Shown one piece after another: positions 36,045 through 44,802 of a stretch of 64,000 nt of DNA (position 1 is its first letter; the number at the start of each line of letters is the position of its first letter). The position numbers and the translations under genes were made by a program. Source of the DNA: Candidatus Peregrinibacteria bacterium. Lineage in GTDB: Bacteria; Patescibacteriota; Gracilibacteria; UBA1369; UM-FILTER-53-11. The stretch covers positions 30,978 through 94,977 of the forward strand of contig JACPMA010000016.1 in the NCBI GenBank assembly GCA_016186205.1, given 5' to 3'. The notes under the pieces are model-generated. The model had not been told where the DNA came from. It did no database searches and worked only from the letters and a program-made list of their open reading frames with translations.

Positions 36045-39000
36045 GTCCAGGATTTGAACAACTGAGGCCATCAATTGAAGGCGCTGATCGACGCATCGAC
36101 GCTGGCAAAACAAACGTAAATTTATCTAAAGTTGAGGCAGAGTTTAAAAAAGTCGAGGGTCACGCAAAGATGCAGACAGATCCAGCGCTCCGCGAAAAAT
36201 ATGAAGCTATACTGCGAGAGCAGCGCGCTAGATTTGAGGCGCTACAAGATGGTAATGACCAAAAGCATCTTGATGCGTTGCGAGCCGCTGTGAGAGGTAC
36301 GCTCGTAGCGCTTGATGATTTTGTTTATGAAAACGGGGATTTTTTACAAATGAATTATTCCAGGCAATATGCGGAAACTACCGGTGTAGCGAGTGTATAT
36401 GCGGCATGGAGAAAAGAAAGTAATGTTGCATTTTCGACATTGGCGCATATTATCAAAGCCTATCTTCCAGGCGTTGGATCATATGGCAGCGAGAAGTACC
36501 GTCAGGCAGTTTTTCTGTTTTTAAACCAACGGCAAGGTGGAGCGCAAGGTCATGGCGCGCCGTATGATATTTCAAGAATCCATGATGCTGCCGAATGGAC
36601 TCGAGCAGAAGCGGAATTGCGTAAAATCAAAGTAGGAGAGGAATTCGATTTTTGGAAAGTTCGCGTGGCTTTGAATCAGCCGATTTCAAGACCTCCGACA
36701 TTGCCGCAAGCGGCCGCTGACGGAGGACCGATTCCGGATCTCGTTCCCCTCGTGCCACCAGTTCGACGTAGAGAAAGATCTGCCGGTGCGCCTGCAGCTG
36801 TACCCACAGCTCGGCCTGCACCTGCACCTGCATCAGCACCTGCCGCTGGGCCTACAGAAGAGGTAGCGCTGACTTCCCATGAACAAGTCGCGCTTAACTC
36901 TTTTTCGCAAGGAATTGAAAAAGCTTTCAGGGCCCTCCAATCCGCAGGAGAAAATGGAGAAGCGATTCAAAGGGCTCTTCGCAATATTAAAGCCCAAGCC
37001 GATGATATTGCTCTTTACGGAAAACAAAATCCGACCTCAAATGCTCTGCCAAAACTGCGCATCATGCGTATGCAGTGCGAAGCGTTTTTAACCCAGGCTG
37101 GCCTTGCACTTCGTGCCGGACAAGCCGATCAAATAGCAAAAGGCGCGCGCGAAGATACGCATGGTTTTTGGTCCAATCTCCGCGTCTTGAATGCCATTCC
37201 AAAAATGTATCGAGCCACAACGGGCGATCAAGATACTTTAACGTATTCCGAAGCTCGCTCCCGAGTTATGGATATGCGAACCCGTGAAGTTTCTCGTGCA
37301 GCAAAAGGCGCTGAAGTCGTATTTACCGCTCTATCAAAAGAGCCGCCAATCACCATGCAGCAAATTCGAGGCATGGGGCCAAAAAGATTGGTTGATGCAG
37401 GACTAGCAACAGCTGAAAAAGCAAATGAAATTCATTCAGCAATCCAAAATTTTTTTACGTCGCCTGAAGGTCGAAGACTTGCAGCCATTGATGAAAATCG
37501 TCTTACGGCCGAACTTGATCAGCGACTTGCCAGAGAAGCGCTTCGAGTTGAGGAAGGAACGGTTTTGGGGGTTTCACAGGCGAAGTGGGAAAGAATGGGA
37601 GACGTAAGTTCATCGCTAGCAAGTCTCGATTTATTTCTCCTTCCAGGAGGCGGTATGCTTCTTGGAAAATTGGCCGCGAGATCGGCGCTTGCTGTGCGAG
37701 CGGCTGCTGCAGCGGCAAAAGGTTTTGAAGCTGCAAAAGCAGTGAGGGGAGCGGGCCTTTTGATTCGCGCTGGAGAAAAATTCGTAACATGGAGCCCCCA
37801 AGAATTTAAAGCTTTGCAAGCAGCGGAAAAAGCCGGCCGCGCCGTGAATGTTGCTAAGGCCCTTGCGCGCGGCACGCTCACGGTTGGAACGTCACTTGTG
37901 AAATTTACCGCTGCGACAGCTGCCGCAGAGGCACTTGTTCCTGGCTCCGGACATCTCGTTCTGGCCTCATGTTTCCTCGTGCCTGGCGCCGTGAAAGGTT
38001 TCAGCGAAGCCGTCGGAAAAAATGTATCAGAAGCTTTTGCTCTAGCCGGCGGAAATATGACAGTAGGTCAAATGCCGGAAATGACGCGGGCCTATTTACT
38101 CTATTTGCGAAACACGCAGACGCAGGCTGCGCTTGCGCGAAATCTTCAAGGTTCTCTGCAAAAAGGCGGTATGGCTGCTGCGGAGGCGGAAAAAGCCGCC
38201 AGCGCATTCTCAAAAGATCTCTTTGAAGGACAAACCGGACGCGAGCTTGAGGGTCTTGCATCGCGAAAAATAGGACTAGCTGGAAGAGTGAAGGAATATG
38301 TCAAAGCGCGGAGAGAAATGGTTCGACCTACGCTAGAACGCGGTATACCAGTGAAGTCGGAAGCATTAAGAAATAGTGATCTTCAAGATGCTGCAGTGAA
38401 ATTAAGAGAGGCTCTTGGACCAATCGGTAAGATCGATAAGCTTCCAGCAGCTATTTGGAATAGATTAAGCGCAGACGCGCGGCAGACAGTTACTGATTTC
38501 ACAAGTGCATGTCAGAACATTTCTGGCGCTGTGCGGAAAGGAATGAATATTTCAGGTGAGTGGATCGCAGCGCGTAGACAAGAACTTACTGCTCTTCGTG
38601 CAAAGATAAATAGTTTACCTCGGGAGGCGCAGCAATGGGCTATTGCACAATGGGAAAGATTCAGCGCTGGATTTGAAAATGTTCTTGCCGCTCGACGAAG
38701 GTATAATACAGTTCGGCGGGCAGCACAGCAACAAGAGGGAGGATTGGCAGGAAAGGTTGGTGGTATTCCTGAGAGATATAGGCCAAGATTAGCAGAAGCA
38801 CGAACTACATTGAGTAAGGATTTAGGGGTAGATAAGCTTTTGAGCGGCGTTGGAGTTGCAAGAAAAGTATTGGCGCCAAAAATTCAAGCAGCCATTGATG
38901 GATTTGTTGCTGCAAGGAGAGGAGTAGTGTTAGTTTTGCAAAGTGGGAAAAAAATCACAGGAGACGCTCTTAGAACAGTCTTGAGTGGCATTAAAACTAT

Positions 39001-40909
39001 GGTGGAACATTTAAACGGTCTTACAAATGGACCGAGACAGCTATGGAAAAATGCTTTTCAAGAGCTCAAGAATGTCTGGCAGGCAGCCAAAGGATATCAT
39101 GAAGCGAGAGGTATATTGCAGGAAGAAGCCGCGAAATTGCGACTTAATACGCCGACAGGATCAACTGTATTATCAGCGCTTTTGCATAACGAAGAAGGAA
39201 GAGTTGCCAAAGCCGCCGCTGAATTACGAAGGGCTCTTGGGCCGATTGGACAAATTGATAAAATTCCTGCGAAAATTCGAGCTATGCTGTCTGAAGACTT
39301 AAGGAAAACTGTTGCAGATTTTGCCGGAGCTTATAATAGAGCTGTTGAGCTTGTTCGTGGTGGAGTGAAAATATCTCGCGAGCAGGTCGGAGGATTTGTT
39401 ACAATGCGAAGAGGCGAGTTAACACAATTATGGAAGAGGATAAGCGGACTTCCTACTGCAGCGCAGGCCTGGGCGAAGACGCAATGGGCGAAATTGAGCA
39501 ACCCACTTGAGCGATTTGCTGATAGCTGGAAAGCGAAAGGCGTACAAGTAGCCGATGCGACAGAAGAATATTTAGCAGCGAGGAGATTACTAAGAGGAGC
39601 GAAGGAAGGTGGAGGGACAGTTGGAATAGCGAGACAGGCACCAGGAGTGGAGGCAGCAGGGAGAGAATTACAAGAAGCATTAGGAGTTCACCGGATTGTG
39701 GCATTACCTGGAAGACTTCGTACTGCATTGAGTGCGGATATCAGAAAGACCGTCGAAGATTTTGCCGGAGCCTATAATAGGGTGGCCGAAGCAATGAGGG
39801 GTGGGCTTAATATATCGAGGGAGAAGGTTGGCGAGTTTATAACAGCCCGGAGAGGAGAATTAATGCAATTATGGAAGAGCATCAGCGGATTACCAGCGGT
39901 TGCGAGAGGATGGGCTCAAGCACAGTGGTTGAAATTGAGCAACGTGGTAGAAGGATTTGTTAGAACAGCGAGAGGACGAGGAGAACGAATTGCGAGAGCT
40001 CCAAGGGAATATTTAGAAGCAAGAAAAGCACTTAGGGCAGCTGAAGAATTTGAAAGACCAATTAGAGAAATGAATCTTGAGGACCGACTCGGTATACCTG
40101 GTCTGGAGAGTGGAGCTCAAAGAAGATTAGCAGCGGCTAGGGTAAAATTTGAGGTAGCGCAATTCAGGCTATGGAGAGCATCGGGTATAGATGCAATTAT
40201 CACGCTTCCTGAAAAGTTAAGAACGAACGTCGGAGAGGCAGGGGCAGCAATTCTCCAAAGACTCAATGCGGTTCGTGAGAGTGTTGGAAAAGGGCTTTCG
40301 GTACCACTTAAAGAGGCTTCGACTTGGATTTCAGCACGCAGGGGAGAATTATCGAGCCTGTGGGGAACGATACAGAGTCTGCCTGGAGGTCTACAGAAAT
40401 GGGCAGCGAGTCAGTGGATGAGGTTGAGTAATGTCGTAGAAGGATTTGCAACAATGGTAAAAGGAAAAGGGGAGAGAGTAGCCAATGCTACCGGAGAATA
40501 TATGTTAGCGCGAAAAGCGGTAAGAGCAGCCGGTAAAGTAGAAGGCGGAGTATTGTCTGGAGGAACTGTTCGACTCGCCGCAGAAAAGAGAGCGCTTGAG
40601 CGTGCGCGCGTTGCATTCGCCGATGCCATCGGTTTAACCCAACTTAAATCTTTAGCAAATACGGCTATTCTCGGATTGAAAGAAGGAACTCAAAAAGCCG
40701 TCCGTGCGCTCGTGACTGACACGAATGCATTTGTTGAAAAATACGCCGGTGTAAAGCAGGCAATAGGTATAAAATCAGCAGCTTTTATAGCTGAAGTAAG
40801 GAAACTCCAGGCTCATATCGGTGAATTAATGGGTGAATTGCCGGACGACAGCCCACTCCGACCTTTGCTTGCAGCAACTGGTGAACGTTTGGGAAATATG
40901 TTGAAGTAG
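36041..40909 (+). CDS. Giant Ala-rich repeat protein (1622 aa), function unknown
   Basis: Long uninterrupted ORF. Pro/Ala linker (ARPAPAPASAPAAGP) and central hydrophobic segments. Five to six divergent repeats of about 125-135 aa (ALGPIG.IDK.PA...DFAGAYNR...ARRGEL.QLW..ISGLP..A..WA..QW..LSN) spanning roughly 38400-40880. Confidence 0.75.
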   Translation: MSPGFEQLRPSIEGADRRIDAGKTNVNLSKVEAEFKKVEGHAKMQTDPALREKYEAILREQRARFEALQDGNDQKHLDALRAAVRGTLVALDDFVYENGDFLQMNYSRQYAETTGVASVYAAWRKESNVAFSTLAHIIKAYLPGVGSYGSEKYRQAVFLFLNQRQGGAQGHGAPYDISRIHDAAEWTRAEAELRKIKVGEEFDFWKVRVALNQPISRPPTLPQAAADGGPIPDLVPLVPPVRRRERSAGAPAAVPTARPAPAPASAPAAGPTEEVALTSHEQVALNSFSQGIEKAFRALQSAGENGEAIQRALRNIKAQADDIALYGKQNPTSNALPKLRIMRMQCEAFLTQAGLALRAGQADQIAKGAREDTHGFWSNLRVLNAIPKMYRATTGDQDTLTYSEARSRVMDMRTREVSRAAKGAEVVFTALSKEPPITMQQIRGMGPKRLVDAGLATAEKANEIHSAIQNFFTSPEGRRLAAIDENRLTAELDQRLAREALRVEEGTVLGVSQAKWERMGDVSSSLASLDLFLLPGGGMLLGKLAARSALAVRAAAAAAKGFEAAKAVRGAGLLIRAGEKFVTWSPQEFKALQAAEKAGRAVNVAKALARGTLTVGTSLVKFTAATAAAEALVPGSGHLVLASCFLVPGAVKGFSEAVGKNVSEAFALAGGNMTVGQMPEMTRAYLLYLRNTQTQAALARNLQGSLQKGGMAAAEAEKAASAFSKDLFEGQTGRELEGLASRKIGLAGRVKEYVKARREMVRPTLERGIPVKSEALRNSDLQDAAVKLREALGPIGKIDKLPAAIWNRLSADARQTVTDFTSACQNISGAVRKGMNISGEWIAARRQELTALRAKINSLPREAQQWAIAQWERFSAGFENVLAARRRYNTVRRAAQQQEGGLAGKVGGIPERYRPRLAEARTTLSKDLGVDKLLSGVGVARKVLAPKIQAAIDGFVAARRGVVLVLQSGKKITGDALRTVLSGIKTMVEHLNGLTNGPRQLWKNAFQELKNVWQAAKGYHEARGILQEEAAKLRLNTPTGSTVLSALLHNEEGRVAKAAAELRRALGPIGQIDKIPAKIRAMLSEDLRKTVADFAGAYNRAVELVRGGVKISREQVGGFVTMRRGELTQLWKRISGLPTAAQAWAKTQWAKLSNPLERFADSWKAKGVQVADATEEYLAARRLLRGAKEGGGTVGIARQAPGVEAAGRELQEALGVHRIVALPGRLRTALSADIRKTVEDFAGAYNRVAEAMRGGLNISREKVGEFITARRGELMQLWKSISGLPAVARGWAQAQWLKLSNVVEGFVRTARGRGERIARAPREYLEARKALRAAEEFERPIREMNLEDRLGIPGLESGAQRRLAAARVKFEVAQFRLWRASGIDAIITLPEKLRTNVGEAGAAILQRLNAVRESVGKGLSVPLKEASTWISARRGELSSLWGTIQSLPGGLQKWAASQWMRLSNVVEGFATMVKGKGERVANATGEYMLARKAVRAAGKVEGGVLSGGTVRLAAEKRALERARVAFADAIGLTQLKSLANTAILGLKEGTQKAVRALVTDTNAFVEKYAGVKQAIGIKSAAFIAEVRKLQAHIGELMGELPDDSPLRPLLAATGERLGNMLK

Positions 40910-41012
40910 AAGAATTGATTGGATGAGATGTGAAAAATTGTGAACAGATAACTTTATTCACCCCTGTTGTTTTTACAATACGGCTTATTTTATAAGACAT
41001 CTGCGCTCGCCT

Positions 41013-41440
41013 CTGAGGCAAGCCATTCGTTTCCGTGACAGGGAGCACTCATGGCTTGCCTCAGGGCTCGCTTGATGTCTATTCAAGAGGCGGTGATCTA
41101 GAGTACACATGCGGTCCGGATAAATCCGGAGAAGTCGCAGAGGTGAGACCACCGCCTCCACGCAATACTCTTTCAGGCCCTATCCGCCAGCGCAGTGAAG
41201 CGCAGCAGAGGACATCAATTGAAAGAGCGATAGAGAAATGGAGTCGACTACGGCTTCCACTTCTTTCTCCGTTGCGAAAGCGGAGAGTCTCCCTACCGTT
41301 CTTCGGTGGATATTTTCGGACCTTGCCCACCATGGTCCTTTGTATTTTTGTTTTGCACTGTGCCTTGCGGCGCAATGAAAATTTTTTCGTTTATTTTGAT
41401 TTTTTCCCGTCACGAAACGAATCGTGAGGGATCTTTTCAA
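41013..41440 (+). ncRNA. Candidate structured RNA or long structured 3' UTR (identity unknown)
   Basis: GC-rich stretch with no credible ORF. Hairpins: CTGAGGCAAGCCAT(41013-26)/ATGGCTTGCCTCAG(41051-64), GAGGCGGTG(41087-95)/CACCGCCTC(41150-58) enclosing TCCGGA-TAAA-TCCGGA, and CTCCG..GCGAAAGC..GGAG. Terminal hairpin 41406-41430 is followed by ATCTTTTC. Confidence 0.25.
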
Positions 41441-41595
41441 TGTTGAGACTGTAGTCGGCAGTCTGCGTTGAAAAGTAGGGAGCAGAGCGAGTCCTTTTGG
41501 CGAGCTCTAAACGGCTTCGTTTTGTTCCCCACTTTTACTTTGTGTTTTAAAAGAGCCGTGAAATTAAATAATTATATCATGGATTTTCGTTTTAC

Positions 41596-42651
41596 TCAAG
41601 CCGCATGCGGTAAATTTATATTTCCTTCCGCAGCGATGAATTTTGCGAGAGCGCTCGAGGCTTTGCCGGTGAAATGTAGGCCGTCTTTGACTCTTCGATA
41701 GCGTGTAAAATCCGCTTCTTTTCCAAGGTCTGCTATTTGAGAAGGTCCGTCCGCAAGCCCGTGCCTATTCAAAATCCATTGATTCACGGCTCGAGTTCTC
41801 GCTTGTAATTCCTCTGCGCTGATCGGATATTTTTTTCCTTTTCTTTCATACCTCGTGATAAACGCTTCTGTATTCCACTGCGGAATAGTGCAGGCAACAA
41901 CTTCAAGGCCAGCTGTTTTAGCTTCCCTATACATTGCATCCAGATTTTTTTGAATCGCTTGCGGTGTTTTTTGGCTTGCAATGTCATTTACCCCTCCGAA
42001 AATTACCACCCGCCTTACGCTAGAGAATTTTCCAGCTGCGCGCTCTCTTAAAAATTCTCTAAAATGAGTCAGCATCCAACCGGTTTGGCATCCTCCTTTT
42101 GCAACGAAATTCGCCCCGCGGAGCGCGCTCTGCATGCCGACCGTAAGCGAATCGCCGACAAAAACAGTTTCGGAAATCGGAACTTCGGCAAGTGCCGATG
42201 GACTTTCGTTTGCGCGTTCAGGCGGCGGAGGAGGTGTCTGCGCAGGAGGTTTTGCTTTAAAAGTATATCCTTCCCACACGGCTACATATTTTCCTTCAGC
42301 ATCATAAAACGATCCGTTCGGTCCGCGCGTTCCTTCGGTAGTTTCGCCGGACGGAGTGGTCACTGTCACGGACGCATATTTTGCCGGAATAATGTGTTTT
42401 AAGCCTATCCATTTTTCATGATTTTTGTTTCTGCGAAAAGTCAATTTTCCCGAAGCGGAGCCGTCGGCATTTTCTTGAAAGTCCGCGACAAACGCTTTTC
42501 TTAAATTTTCTTCGCCAAGCGCGTGGAGCGATTCGCGGCTCAAAGCCAATTCAATCGCCCGATCGAGCGGCGTTTTTTTGAGCGGTTCGCGTTCGGCGGT
42601 TTCGTTATCGCGAGGCGCAGACGGCGAAGGCGGCAAAGTTTCTCTTCCCAT
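41596..42651 (-). CDS. SGNH/GDSL-family hydrolase domain protein
   Basis: Start moved to ATG 42651 (MGRETLPP...). Block I VFVGDSLTVG, block III GGVNDI, block V DGLHFT. Confidence 0.65.
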   Translation of the reverse strand: MGRETLPPSPSAPRDNETAEREPLKKTPLDRAIELALSRESLHALGEENLRKAFVADFQENADGSASGKLTFRRNKNHEKWIGLKHIIPAKYASVTVTTPSGETTEGTRGPNGSFYDAEGKYVAVWEGYTFKAKPPAQTPPPPPERANESPSALAEVPISETVFVGDSLTVGMQSALRGANFVAKGGCQTGWMLTHFREFLRERAAGKFSSVRRVVIFGGVNDIASQKTPQAIQKNLDAMYREAKTAGLEVVACTIPQWNTEAFITRYERKGKKYPISAEELQARTRAVNQWILNRHGLADGPSQIADLGKEADFTRYRRVKDGLHFTGKASSALAKFIAAEGNINLPHAA

Positions 42652-42684
42652 ATAAATCCTTTTATTATAACACAAAATCGGCTC

Positions 42685-42693
42685 TGATATAAT
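42685..42693 (+). promoter_or_regulatory. Extended -10 promoter element (TGATATAAT) 8 nt upstream of the gmk ATG
   Basis: TGATATAAT-GCTTTTTG-ATG. The spacing implies a leaderless or near-leaderless mRNA. A near-identical module occurs at 62765-62784. Confidence 0.4.
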
Positions 42694-42701
42694 GCTTTTT
42701 G

Positions 42702-43265
42702 ATGCCACAAGGAAAACTCTTTCTCATACTCGGTCCGTCGGGTTCAGGCAAGGGAACAGTCATAAATTATTTACGAAAAAAATTTCCGCAGGCAGTGTTT
42801 CCGCTTTCATGCACCACGCGCCCGCCGCGGCCGGGAGAGAGCGACGGCGAGGTGTATCATTTTTTAACTAAGGATGAGTTTCAGAAGAAAATCAATACCG
42901 GTGAATTTTTGGAATGGGCCGTGGTCCACCATGATAATTTTTATGGCACGCTTAAGCAGCCGATTCTTGATGCGCTTGCCGCTGGAAAAATCGTAATACG
43001 CGAAGTTGATATGCAAGGCGTTGAATCGATCCGCAAAATTCTTCCATCCGGCCAAGTTATTGCGATTTTCATCACAGCTCCGTCATGGGAAAATCTAAAA
43101 CATCGCATCCTCGGCCGAAGTAAAATTCCGCAAGAAGAACTGGAACAGCGCGAAAAAAGCTTTGAGCGCGAAATGGAGTTTTCAAAAAAATGCGATTTTG
43201 TGGTGATGAGCGAAGAAGGAAAAATTCAGGAGTATTGTGAAAAAGTCTCTGAAATTATTCATTAG
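42702..43265 (+). CDS. gmk: Guanylate kinase
   Basis: ATG at 42702. P-loop GPSGSGKGT, then TTRPPRPGE..G..Y.F and a typical length of about 187 aa. Confidence 0.85.
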   Translation: MPQGKLFLILGPSGSGKGTVINYLRKKFPQAVFPLSCTTRPPRPGESDGEVYHFLTKDEFQKKINTGEFLEWAVVHHDNFYGTLKQPILDALAAGKIVIREVDMQGVESIRKILPSGQVIAIFITAPSWENLKHRILGRSKIPQEELEQREKSFEREMEFSKKCDFVVMSEEGKIQEYCEKVSEIIH

Positions 43266-44542
43266 GCCGCAAGTAATTCGCGCAAAAAACTTGTTCCTTC
43301 ACCAATTCGATCTTCAACGCCGAAGATTTCAGCAAGCGTGGCCGCAACATCAGCATGACTTTCGCGAACCCCAAGTTCTACAGGCTTAATCATTCTTGGA
43401 CTATATACAAGTAGCGGCGAGCATTCACGCGTGTGGTTTGTGTGATTCGGATGCGTTGGGTCATTGCCATGATCCGAAGTTACCACTAAAAGATCGCGCT
43501 GCCCCATAGCTTGAATAACTGCGCCAATGCCGCGCGATGCCGCCTCAATATGATCTACATAAAGACCAGGTTCTCTTTTATGGCCGGATTTTTCATCAGT
43601 ATATTTCAGATTTGCAAAAACGAAACGGTCATCCGGTTCCTCGCGCATTCGCCGAGCCACTTCCATAATCCGTTCATCATCGGTATCGCCTTTTTTTATT
43701 CGTTTTTCTGAAAAGCCCCGGTCATTGAGCATTTCCGCAGTTTTACCCACCGCAAAGACAGAAATTCCTTTTTCAACCAGGTGATCAATGAGGGTTAGGC
43801 CGTCGGGATTCACGCCCAAATCTTTCCGCAGCTCCGAGACGCGCTCAAATTTTCCAGGCTCTCCTCTCCAGACTCGCAGAATAACACGTGCGACATTCGC
43901 AAATTCGCCAACAAGCGCGCGGGTTCGAATTGCTCTGGCTATTGCCTCCATCATTTCAAGCGGCAGGACGTCAAGGTGGAGCGCGACTTGCACGAGGCTG
44001 TCAGAGGAAGCATAAATGGGGAGAAAAAAAGGTTGAGAAGGATCGCGGCTTCCGTAGTGGACATTTCCGATGGAAGGATGAGTGAAGAATTTTTCTCCAT
44101 TAATATCATCGGTTTCAGGATAGCGAATAGCTTTTACCGGCCGCCCAACAACGCCTTCCACTTTATGTTCGATGCGCGCAATTAGTTCAGGCGGAAAACC
44201 AGTTTTGTTAAAAAGGCGGTATGGAGTTTTGACGCGATGGCCCATAAGGGCTTGATGACCCTCCGGACTCCCGTTGCCTGCGAAACGCGGCTCAATGGCT
44301 CCGACGGCGCCGCGAACATGATTCCATGCGGTTTGCCGAATAAGCTGAAGACCGGTAAGACCCGGAATCTGTTGGAGTCCTATGTTCCGTAGCGCCTCTG
44401 CATCAATAGGTTTTACTTGCGACGCATGCACGAGACTATTGGCGCCAACGTCCTCTGGAAATTCGGTTCCAGTATCCTCAGCTTGCCCGCAGCCAACACC
44501 GTCAAGAACAACGAGCGCAACGCGATCAAATGGACGATCCAT
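43262..44542 (-). CDS. deoB: Phosphopentomutase (alkaline-phosphatase superfamily)
   Basis: N-terminal VVLDGVGCG...GANSLVH and C-terminal VVTSDHGNDPTH motifs resemble DeoB. 426 aa. Confidence 0.65.
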   Translation of the reverse strand: MDRPFDRVALVVLDGVGCGQAEDTGTEFPEDVGANSLVHASQVKPIDAEALRNIGLQQIPGLTGLQLIRQTAWNHVRGAVGAIEPRFAGNGSPEGHQALMGHRVKTPYRLFNKTGFPPELIARIEHKVEGVVGRPVKAIRYPETDDINGEKFFTHPSIGNVHYGSRDPSQPFFLPIYASSDSLVQVALHLDVLPLEMMEAIARAIRTRALVGEFANVARVILRVWRGEPGKFERVSELRKDLGVNPDGLTLIDHLVEKGISVFAVGKTAEMLNDRGFSEKRIKKGDTDDERIMEVARRMREEPDDRFVFANLKYTDEKSGHKREPGLYVDHIEAASRGIGAVIQAMGQRDLLVVTSDHGNDPTHPNHTNHTRECSPLLVYSPRMIKPVELGVRESHADVAATLAEIFGVEDRIGEGTSFLRELLAA

Positions 44543-44617
44543 AGGGAGTTATTGAATCATAAGTTTTATTTTTGGGCAAAAGAAAGTTCTTTTTTATAAA
44601 ACCTGCTTCGCAGGTTG

Positions 44618-44691
44618 TGGTTGGGGAGGAAGGATTCGAACCTTCGGTGGTGCCTCCAGAGGGCACTGCCTTACCGCTTGGCTACTCCCCA
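44618..44691 (-). tRNA. tRNA-Gln(CUG)
   Basis: UGGGGAG UA GCCA AGCGGUAA GGCA G UGCCC/GUGCC stem, loop CUCUGGA (anticodon CUG), T arm GAAGG UUCGAAU CCUUC, acceptor CUCCCCA A CCA. The D arm is identical in style to E. coli tRNA-Gln. Confidence 0.9.
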
Positions 44692-44802
44692 GCGTATTTT
44701 TATTCTATATCTATTATGCCATATGATTACCTCCCAGAAAGCCTGAAAATATGGTAAAATATAAGCAATAAAAAAGACCCAGCAAAATAAAAACAAATAT
44801 TT

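Noticed and set aside
41035-41440. Three mutually overlapping ORFs (130, 98 and 86 aa) in the 40.9-41.6 kb gap
   Set aside because: They overlap on both strands, coincide with strong hairpins, and have Arg/Pro/Ser-rich composition unlike real proteins. The region is treated as non-coding.
40910-41595. Tested the structured region as RNase P RNA, tmRNA or SRP RNA
   Set aside because: There is no GGAAAGUCC-type P4 core, no tRNA-like 3' domain with a GGUUCGA T loop ending in CCA, and no GGAA-capped SRP helix 8 motif on either strand.
44600-44616. Hairpin AACCTG-CTTCG-CAGGTT next to tRNA-Gln as a terminator
   Set aside because: No U-tract follows it in the minus (tRNA) orientation, and no plus-strand gene precedes it. 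Possibly a processing hairpin, so not called.
44572-44757. 61-aa ORF on the plus strand
   Set aside because: It is the antisense of tRNA-Gln(CUG), so the ORF is spurious.
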